64,000 bases of DNA from Eledone cirrhosa. Taxonomy: Eukaryota. Position numbers and translations under genes: made by a program. Location: contig OZ024741.1 in assembly GCA_964016885.1 (NCBI GenBank), forward strand, positions 363,072,001-363,136,000, written 5' to 3'. Position 1 is the first letter of the stretch, and each line of letters opens with the position of its first letter. Shown piece by piece: positions 24,343 to 33,425 of the stretch. The notes under the pieces are model-generated. The model was not told where the DNA came from, made no database searches, and saw nothing but the letters and a program-made list of their open reading frames with translations.

Positions 24343-24876
24343 ATGTTCATCAATACAACCCCTAGAGGCGAACTAGCCTACAAATTTAGAAGGGTCCTAA
24401 ATAAACATAAACTCAATATTAAGATAGTAGAAAGACCAGGTACCTCCGTAAAAACACTTATTAGCAAGACATACCCGTTCCAAAGACCCTCATGTATAGA
24501 TAAGAAATGTATAACCTGTAAAATAAGCCCCCATATTAACTGTAAAACTAGAAATGTAGTGTATAGCATAAGATGTACTGAAGGACAATGTAGAAACAAA
24601 AATATAGTGTACATAGGTGAGACAGCTCGTAGTATAGGGGAACGGATAAATGAACACTGGCGAGACCTTCAAGATAATAAAGAATCATCTGTACTCTACC
24701 AACATGCTAAGATAGAACACAAGGGTAAATTAGAGAACATAGAAATAAAAATAGAATCCACACACAGAAAAGATGCAGTGTTTAGGCAAATTACAGAGGC
24801 AGTAAGCATAAAAGAATTACAACCAAAATTAAATAGAAAATATGAGTGGAACAGCAACATCACAACTTACAATTAA
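24343..24876 (+). CDS. Penelope GIY-YIG endonuclease
   Basis: VVY..YIGET..R..EH and the catalytic E in RQITEA. It is separated from RT by a 22-nt duplication. Confidence 0.85.
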   Translation: MFINTTPRGELAYKFRRVLNKHKLNIKIVERPGTSVKTLISKTYPFQRPSCIDKKCITCKISPHINCKTRNVVYSIRCTEGQCRNKNIVYIGETARSIGERINEHWRDLQDNKESSVLYQHAKIEHKGKLENIEIKIESTHRKDAVFRQITEAVSIKELQPKLNRKYEWNSNITTYN

Positions 24877-25078
24877 GGACAAAATGAAAACACACACACA
24901 CACACAGAACAAACAACCAACCAACAACATGTAAATAAATAAACAAATAGATAAATGAACACAAACACACACAGACACCCGGATGTGGCGCATGCGCAAA
25001 CTGAGCACACAACACACAGAAACAAAATGGCGTAGGACAGAAGAAAGGAAAGGCACAGAAACAAAGAAAGGAATCCCC

Positions 25079-25123
25079 AGTCACTGAAGAGGTCACAGAG
25101 TGTGTGACGAAAGGACTATGACT
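25079..25123 (+). ncRNA. Minimal type I hammerhead ribozyme in the Penelope pLTR (family 2)
   Basis: AGTCA-CTGAAGA-G-GTCACA(GAGTG)TGTGAC-GAAA-GGAC-TA-TGACT, ~200 nt after the GIY-YIG stop, where PLE hammerheads are known to occur. It has one extra G before stem II. Confidence 0.75.
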
Positions 25124-25346
25124 ATATATAAACAACTATCTGGTTGTGGAACCAACCAACCAACCAGAAATTTATGAGTTTGTAGATTTGTAAATTTATA
25201 AATTTATATATATATAATAAATTGAAGTGAAAGCAACTGGTGCGTGTGTTTCTTATTGGCAACATGACCCTCCCAAAGTATAACAATATCGGTTTCAACA
25301 CACGATTTCAGATAAAGAATCTTGCTAAACAAATTCAGAAACGAAA

Positions 25347-25353
25347 TATATAT

Positions 25354-25400
<47 letters not shown>

Positions 25401-25967
25401 TATATATATATTATATATAATATATATATATATATAATATATATATATTATATATATATATATATTATATATATATATATATTATATATATATATATATT
25501 ATATATATATATATATTATATATATATATATATTATATATATATATATATTATATATATATATATATTATATATATATATATTATATATATATTATATAT
25601 ATATTATATATATATTATATATATATATAATATATATATATAATATATATATATAATATATATATATAATATATATATATAATATATATATATAATATAT
25701 ATATATAATATATAATATATATATATAATATATATATATAATATATATATATAATATATATATATAATATATATATATAATATATATATATAATATATAT
25801 ATATAATATATATATATAATATATATATATAATATATATATATAATATATATATATAATATATATATATAATATATATATATAATATATATATATAATAT
25901 ATATATATAATATATATATATAATATATATATATAATATATATATATAATATATATATATAATATAT

Positions 25968-26063
<96 letters not shown>

Positions 26064-26115
26064 AGAACAAAAGATGGTTAAAAGAGTTCCATGTATTTTA
26101 TTATGCGCATATATA

Positions 26116-26155
<40 letters not shown>

Positions 26156-26250
26156 TATATATATATAATATATATTATATATATATATATAATATATATA
26201 TCTCTATACCTCTCATTTATATATATAATATATATATATATAATATATAT
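25347..26250. repeat. Long interrupted (TA)n tract
   Basis: Read directly from the sequence; a 50-bp non-TA island lies at ~26060-26109. Confidence 0.95.
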
Positions 26251-26264
26251 AAAAGAGTTCCATG

Positions 26265-26335
26265 TATTTTATTATGCGCATTTCAAAAACAAATATCATC
26301 ATGCGATAACATTTGCGTTTTCGTCAGATAAAATA
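26265..26335 (-). ncRNA. Type I hammerhead ribozyme (family 3), left arm of the palindrome
   Basis: Reverse complement of 26454-26524. Confidence 0.85.
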
Positions 26336-26453
26336 GGGAGACATGATATGAAGGTTAAAAAACACTAGTGAATAGTGCAGTTTTAAATCAACATATATTG
26401 ATTTAAAACTGCACTATTCACAAGTGTTTTTTAACCTTCATATCATGTCTCCC

Positions 26454-26524
26454 TATTTTATCTGACGAAAACGCAAATGTTATCGCATGATGATATTTGT
26501 TTTTGAAATGCGCATAATAAAATA
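26454..26524 (+). ncRNA. Type I hammerhead ribozyme (family 3), right arm of the palindrome
   Basis: TATTTTAT-CTGACGA-[16-bp stem II, GCAT loop]-GAAA-TGCGCA-TA-ATAAAATA: 8-bp stem I, palindromic ATGCGCAT stem III, AUA cleavage triplet. Confidence 0.85.
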
Positions 26525-26629
26525 CATGGAACTCTTTTAACCATCTTTTGATCTTATATATTATTTATACTCCAGTCCTACAAACTGTAGAGTGCTACTT
26601 ATCCGATATCTGCATTGCTTTATTGTACT

Positions 26630-27491
26630 CTGGATTTTACCACCTTTCCAGGGGGTCCGGGTAGATTTTTCAATCATATATATTTTTATTTGTTTGACCC
26701 GAATTACTTGATCGTATTTTTTGACTGTGCGAATGATTGTTTAAGCATCGGTTCGGTGTGTTTGGTATTAAACGTTAGTTATAGCTCTGGTTCATCCGAA
26801 CCATTGAGCACTCTGCCGCACATTTCGAAGATTGTTTTTCGTTATTTCGTGGGCCGAAGTTCCGATTCTCGATCATTTTATTTGTATTTATCTCCAGACT
26901 CTAGCTATTGATCAGTTAATTTTATTGATTTTTTAGTTGATTCTATTGACTGATGAATAGCTTATGTTAACTTTAACCCGTCTGTTGAGAACTCTAATTC
27001 GATTTGTGATATTTTGTATTCTTACAATAATATACACAACTGAATTCATTTGCCTAATATAGGGGTTGCCTCCCTTGCTGATCCCCACGTGGATTTAGTA
27101 AAAGTCTTCCCCTGTATTATTGAACTAAAAGTCTGTTGAAAAAGCGACTTCCTTGTTCATCATCTTACCAGAAGCCGGACATTTTTTATGTAGGCGGACG
27201 GTACCTGATTTCGGAGCCGCAGAAACCCAAATGCTGGATTTTACCACCTTTCCAGGGGGTCCGGGAAAATTTTTCAATCATATATATTTTTATTTGTTTG
27301 ACCTGAATTACTTGATCGTATTTTTTGGCTGTGCGAATGATTGTTTAAGCATCGTCTCAGTGTGTTTGGTATTAAACGTTAGTTATAGCTCTGGTTCATC
27401 CGAACCATTGAGCACTTTGCCGCACATTTCGAAGATTGTTTTTCGTTATTTCGTGGGCCGAAGTTCCGATTCTCGATAATTTTATTTGTAT
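26630..27491. repeat. About 258-bp direct repeat (26630-26887 and 27234-27491), period 604 bp
   Basis: CTGGATTTTACCACC..TTTTATTTGTAT occurs twice with a few substitutions. Confidence 0.9.
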
Positions 27492-28113
27492 ATATATATA
27501 TATATATTCTTAGCTTTTGATATTGATACTAAATAATATTCTCGATTCTTTTAATTATAACTATAATGTATGAGTTGAAACAACAGCTGGGAAAATATGA
27601 AAATTATGTGAGCATATATTACATACCAGTGTCTGTATAACTTAGCATGCAATTGACAACTTAAATCATCATAGAGTAATCTCCCCTTGATTCAGGACGA
27701 GGCTAAACTTTCGTTTTCTAACGTCATTTAAAATTTTTTTTCATTCAACACGTGTGTGTAAACAGTTGTAGACGAAAGAGAAGTTTGTTTGGATTTTTGA
27801 AAATGACGACTACTATGAAAGAACGATTTTGTGGAAAGAATCTTTAGGATTTATGCAAGCCGATATTGTGGGTGAAGTAGTAGAATGTGATAGCGGTGTT
27901 CTGGAAAGCATTGTACCGAATGGGTATGCTAACCCTTGTGATTTTTTGTTTTTGTGTTTATTTCTTTTTCAATGTTAAAATTTACATGCAAAACATAATG
28001 CATTACGTCAAAATATTGCCCATGCATCACTTTATTAGCATAGAAAAATCAAGTCTGTACACAAAATACAAAGAAAGTTATAGTTTAAAAACAGAGGGTG
28101 CTTATATTTTTGT

Positions 28114-29212
28114 CACTACAACGCTATTAGCTGTCAGTTGTGAAAGCAGGCGAAGGTGACGTCATTCGTCATCGTTTATTTCCGTATTACTACCACCACG
28201 CGTAAGTGGAGTTTTCACGCGTTTTTTATTTTATTTTATTTTTTATTAAAGCATATTGATGTAAGTGGAGTTACTTAAATGAAAATATAGGTGGCCCTTA
28301 AATGGGCTAAATTAGAAAACAAGTAATGGTTATCAAATAAATTGGATTTAATCATTTATATTTTCATAGTCATGGTTATCAATGTAGAAAACAAGTCATT
28401 TTCACCAACAGTGGAGTTAACTTAAATGAAAATATAGGTGGCCCTTAAAAGGGCCAAATTGTTAATGGAATTAACCATCGCGATCTTTCCATCGCTACCG
28501 CTACTACAGCAGATACCATCAATCTCCATGGGGACTGTCTCTTGTCTCCATGTGGACTGTATCCATACTTTTGAATAAGGTTGGTGAAAAAAATTTGCTT
28601 TCTAAACATTTCTTCATAAAGGGTTGGTGAAAAAAATTTGATAACCATAAATTTGTTTTCTAATTTGGCCCTTTTAAGGGCCACCTGTATTTTCATTTAC
28701 ATCGATATGCTTTAATAAAAAAAATAAAAAATAAAAAACGCGTGACAAAATATGACAATATAGTTCATGGTATTAGCTGTCAGAAGTAATTCCACTGTTG
28801 GTGAAAATGACTTGTTTTCTACATTAATAATCATGACTATGAAAATATAAATGATTAAATCCAATTTATTTGATAACCATGACTTGTTTTCTAATTAACT
28901 TAAATTTGTTTCTAATTTGGCCCTTTTAAGGGCCACCTATATTTTCATTTAAGTAACTCCACTTACATCGATATGCTTTAATAAAAAAATTTTTTTTTAA
29001 AAACGCGTGATATTTTCATTTAAGTAACTCCACTTACATCTATATGCATTAATAAAAAATAGAACCCCCCCCCCCCCCCCCCAAAAAAAAAAAACGCGTG
29101 AAAAAAAAAATTTCATTTAAGTAACTCCACTTACGCGTGGTAGTAATACGGAAATAAACGATGTTTTGCTTTCATCGGCTGCTTTCGACTGGCAGCTAAT
29201 AGCATTGTAGTG
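28114..29212. mobile_element. Foldback-type non-autonomous DNA transposon with long modular inverted repeats
   Basis: Termini are CACTACAACGCTATTAGCTGTCAG and CTGGCAGCTAATAGCATTGTAGTG. Internal blocks (GTAAGTGGAGTTAC, GGTGGCCCTTAAA) repeat in both orientations. TSD not resolved. Confidence 0.75.
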
Positions 29213-29220
29213 CCATAATA

Positions 29221-29388
29221 ATTGTTTCTACTTTTGGTACAAGGGCAGCAATTATCCCCAGTGCATTAATGGTACTTTATTTTATCGAACCAAAGTTTAC
29301 CTCGGCAATTAGAACTCAGAACATAAAGGGCCATAACTCTATGCTGCAAAGCATGGTGTCTGACGCCCTACCGGTACTGCCAATCCAC
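29221..29388 (-). mobile_element. SINE (octopus-type family)
   Basis: Reverse complement similarity to 43979-44161. Confidence 0.75.
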
Positions 29389-30049
29389 CGAGGGGAAACG
29401 ATTAAGAAACAATTACTAGCGCTACATGAGAAATATAATAATATAAAATAACAAAGTAAAATATTTTTAAGAAGAAAAAAGGTACTCCCTAAAATTTTAA
29501 TTTGTACACAAAGCCTTTGGGAAATATGATGATGATGATGATTGAGAGATACATGCAGAACAATGAATTACGGCAAAATATTGCTATCGCATCCCTTTAT
29601 TAACATAGAAAAACTCAAGTCTGTATATAAAATACAAAGAAAGTTATAATAATTTTAAAATAGAGGGTGCTTACATCTTTTTCTGTCCCCAAAATAATGC
29701 CATGTCAGGGGAAATAATAAAAAAAAATTACTAATGTTACATGAGAAATATATTAATATAAAATAAAGTAAAATATTTTTTTTAAAAAGGGGGAATAGTA
29801 TGGAAGAAAAAGGGTGCTCCCTATAATTTTAATTTTTCCACAAAGCCTTTGTGGGAAATTGAAATTATTTAATGTTTTAAGAATATTTCAACTGTGTCCT
29901 ATTTAAAACATGGAATGGTCATTACTGGAAAGGCTCTCATCATAGGTCTGTTTAATCAAGAATAACTATGGATACTATACCTTACAAATATTTATAAGAT
30001 TCATAGTTAATTGTATTTATTATGTGTTTATATCTATGTTTATTCTATA

Positions 30050-30320
30050 ACTTCGGCGGCATTTAAACTCAACTCTATGCTGCACGTCGGGCTGATGAGG
30101 CCAAACTCTCCAAGCACCGGTTGCTCTCCGACAGGTTCGCGGTCATCCCCTTGGCAGTGGAGACTTCTGGTGTTTGGCCCTAGGGCTACCTCCCTATTCA
30201 CCACCATAGGCGCTGAGCTAGCCAGCTGCAGGTGTGAGCCTCGCGAGTTGGAATGGCTCTTCCAGCGCATCTCCCTTACCATCCTCCGGGGAAACGCCTT
30301 CTCCATCCTGTCTACCGGGG
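30050..30320 (+). mobile_element. CRE RLE fragment (different subfamily)
   Basis: AARRADEAKLSKH..LAVETSGVWP..EPRELEWLFQRISLTILRGNAFSIL. Confidence 0.75.
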
Positions 30321-30874
30321 CTGTGGGGAGGCCACCACGCGGGACCCCATTTGCTCACCATACGGATTAATAGGCAGAGTTATAAACTATTGTAAATAAA
30401 TGTTTATTATCTTATGAGAAAAAAAACAAACTATTTATTACATTACACATTACACGCACACTCTTAAATAGTGTGTGTGTGTGTAATGTAGCGTTGCAAA
30501 CGTCATAATCAAAGAACGCGGTCTTTTCTCTCTCACAGTAACACATTTTCTTCTTTTTCTTTTTAAAATCTCAATAAAAAATTGTCTCTTTCTTTCTTCC
30601 CCACCTTTCTCTCTCTGACTATTTCTCCTTCTCTATGATTTTCACTCACATTCTTTCATCTCTCATAGTCTATCATCTCCCCCCTTCTCTCTCTCTCTTT
30701 TCTCACATCTCTGTCTTGGTTCAACGTAGTACGATCACTTTCGACAGGTACTCAGATGGACGGCGACTGTTTGTGCATCGATCTTTCCCTGAGGCTCGAC
30801 CTCCGGATCTGTGAGACTCACAAATTCCACTGTGGATTCATTCAGTCTCCACCCGTCATGCTGTTACAGTACTG

Positions 30875-31310
30875 GTCGACTAACAACGAGATCATAAAGC
30901 ATGGCCTGGTCGGCGCAGTCTTCCCTCCAAGCTCGAGTCAGCAAAAGGCTTGACGGCATGGCAATCTTCCCGTTCCACGGGGGTAGGCCCCTCATCTGGT
31001 ATTCAACATGTTGTGACATCTTCTCTGGTGGCAACACGGTGCATTCCGCTACCATTGCTGCCCGACGGGCCGAAGAGAGCAAACTGTCAAAGTATCGGCT
31101 GCTCTCCTGTAGGTTTGTGGTTGAGGCTGTGGCAGTATTTTTGGCCCCCGGACCATTATCCCTGCTCACTGCTATAGGAGTGGGGTTGGCTTCCCGAAGG
31201 TACGAACCCCGTGAATTGGAGTGGCTGTTCCAACGCGTCTCCCTCGCTGTCCTTTGGGGCATTGTTTTCTCCATCCTGTCGGCCAGGACCACTAGCCGGA
31301 CTAGCCCTTA
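30875..31310 (+). mobile_element. CRE RLE fragment, copy D (most intact reading frame)
   Basis: ORF 30901-31311: KRLDGMAIFPF..LIW..TCCD..ARRAEESKLSKY..EPRELEWLFQRVSLAVL. Confidence 0.85.
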
Positions 31311-31646
31311 AGTTTCTTTATGGTGGTGACATGTGGATTAGATTTACTTCCATAAGCACGATTAGTAAGAAAGTGAAAATATCTACATGCACAAATTCAT
31401 AATTTTGAACTTATATTATTTATATATTTTTCTCCTTTTTGTTTCTTTTCATACACTGTTCTTTTTCTGCCTTACTTTTCTACCTTACTATTTTTTCTTT
31501 ATATATTTGTTGTATGGAAATAAAAAAACATACTTTTTGGTGGATTTTTGAACACCTCACATTGTTTTATGCATCAAAATAAATTGTTTTGTACATCAAA
31601 ATTATTTTTTGTGGGATACACTCTGAGACAACTTTCCCCATATATA

Positions 31647-32202
31647 TGAAGCGAATACTTTTAGTTGTTGTTGAAAAGGATGATAAACAATAATTTTGGT
31701 TAGATATATAAATACAATAATTTTGGTTAGATATAAAACTTTACTTTACTTCACTTCTACAAAAAGTAAAAAGTATATAATTACTTCGAATCATAAAAAT
31801 ATAAAGTTCGATGGTAGCACTCACAAATGAATACAGTGTTCGAAAAGTCTGTTTTGCTGGAGAATCTTTATTTAATATGCTATACTCGATTAGGTGACAA
31901 GTTGTAATCAGTCGGTATTATCAGCATAGATAGTAGTAAGCTCGTAGTGCAAGGGAGCTGTGTTGTCTATATGAAGAGGCAGGTGATTCTCAGTGTGCTA
32001 GGGCCACAGAGCAGCCTAAATTATAGTTATATTTGGTTATTTGTTTTAAACAGGTGGCCCCAGGATATGTTCTTCATATGAATGATGCCGTAAAATCTAA
32101 TCTCCGGAGAATTTATCTGTTTTCCTCTTTGTAAGGTCGCAGGTCACTTCTTGGTGGCGATGTCCGTAACAGCACACCGCGGGAAATATTTCTTTCGCTT
32201 CA
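31647..32202. mobile_element. Possible solo LTR (556 bp)
   Basis: TG..CA ends with 9-bp inverted termini TGAAGCGAA / TTCGCTTCA; the minus strand has TATA-like and AATAAA motifs. No clear TSD (microsatellite flanks). Confidence 0.4.
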
Positions 32203-32398
32203 CACACACACATATATATATATATCGCTTTTTTTCTATATGTATGTATATATATATTTGAGTATGTGTTGGTTGCTTACCGACACTCTAGTATGCAGGT
32301 TAGAGCACTCAACGAAGTGCGCAGGTGGGTCTGTTTACTCCTGGGTAACTTAAAAACAATAAGTCCACGTCAAAATCAACTTCGTTTATTCATATTCT

Positions 32399-32455
32399 CT
32401 GCAATATATATTTCGGTGATAACCATTGTTTAACACCTATGACCTCATGAGGCAG
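32399..32455 (-). ncRNA. Decayed type I hammerhead motif (G5C core change)
   Basis: CTGC-CTCATGA-GGTCATAG..TTATCACC-GAAA-TATATA-TT-GCAG. Confidence 0.55.
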
Positions 32456-33077
32456 CTAGAACTTGAAAAAAACAGGAAAACATAATGGTGGAACAAAGTT
32501 TACCTCGTTAATTTGTTGATATGCCCAGATCCGAAGTGTGGTGTTGTTCTCTCAAAGAACTGGTGGCATATGAATTAGAATGAATGAATTCAAGCAACCG
32601 AAGGATATACCTTCCTCTCATTGGTCAGATACTATCTTAACACTCCACTCTTTTCCGATACACTTAAGCCAATAAGTTTTCAGCACTCCCAGTATATATA
32701 CATACATACAGAAAGAGTGAAAGACATAGATAGATAGAGAAGAGGAAGATGTAAAAGGAGAGTAAGTTAGATGTTAAACTGGCTGACAACAAACGAAAAA
32801 TAAAAAAATAGAAAGTTTCAGTTAGTTAGAGTGAGTGGGTGGTGGATTGAGAGCTAAATGATAGCATGAGAAACGACCAGACAGTATCATTGTGCTAGAA
32901 ATAGCAGCAAATTTTCCCCCAATTACCCCACCCATTCCATTTACGGGAATAAGTCGACTGTGAGCTTGATGGAGGTCAGATTAGTTGAAAAACTTTAATA
33001 AGTATCAATTTTATTTAGTGTTATTAGCGATCAACATACAAACTTTCTTTCTATAAGGATATATACATTATATGTAT

Positions 33078-33156
<79 letters not shown>

Positions 33157-33159
<3 letters not shown>

Positions 33160-33425
33160 ATAATAATAATAATAGTAATAATAATAAAATTGAAGACTAA
33201 AATTCAAAGAGGGCTCGATAAGGATAAATATATATCAAATATATAAGAACCGTAGAGCAAATATTTATTAAATAACAGCGATTCTTTGCTTAAACTTTAA
33301 TCTGTTATTTAATAAATATATATATATATATATATATTTATTAAAATAAGGTTCTTATATATTTGATATTTATCCTTATCGAGCCCTCTTTGGATTTTAG
33401 TCCTCACATTTATTATTATTACAAT
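33157..33425. repeat. Imperfect palindrome flanked by (TA)n on both sides
   Basis: GACTAAAATTCAAAGAGGGCTCGATAAGGATAAATA..ATAAGAACC versus GGTTCTTAT..TATTTATCCTTATCGAGCCCTCTTTGGATTTTAGTC. Confidence 0.85.

Larger units (their letters stand above)
21551..25348 (+). mobile_element. Penelope-like element (Neptune-like), right arm of the inverted dimer
   Basis: N-terminal region at 21552-22000 (..EMSVLCLPPKFA..EIEKSFTKLRW), RT, GIY-YIG and pLTR, ending at (TA)n. Confidence 0.92.
26251..26538. repeat. 288-bp palindrome (141-bp arms, 6-nt spacer, one mismatch)
   Basis: 26251-26391 is the reverse complement of 26398-26538; the spacer is CATATA. Confidence 0.95.

Noticed and set aside
17880-25348. 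Pure assembly fold-back artefact
   Set aside because: The arms differ by several substitutions and the spacer holds unique element sequence on both strands. Raw reads are still needed to exclude it fully.
25615-26331. Ile/Tyr-rich ORFs
   Set aside because: Translations of the (TA)n tract.
26950-27005. CTGATGA with possible stem II
   Set aside because: GAAA is absent and stem I is unconvincing.
30092-30110. CTGATGAG as a hammerhead core
   Set aside because: No stem II-GAAA; it is CRE coding sequence (RADEAK).
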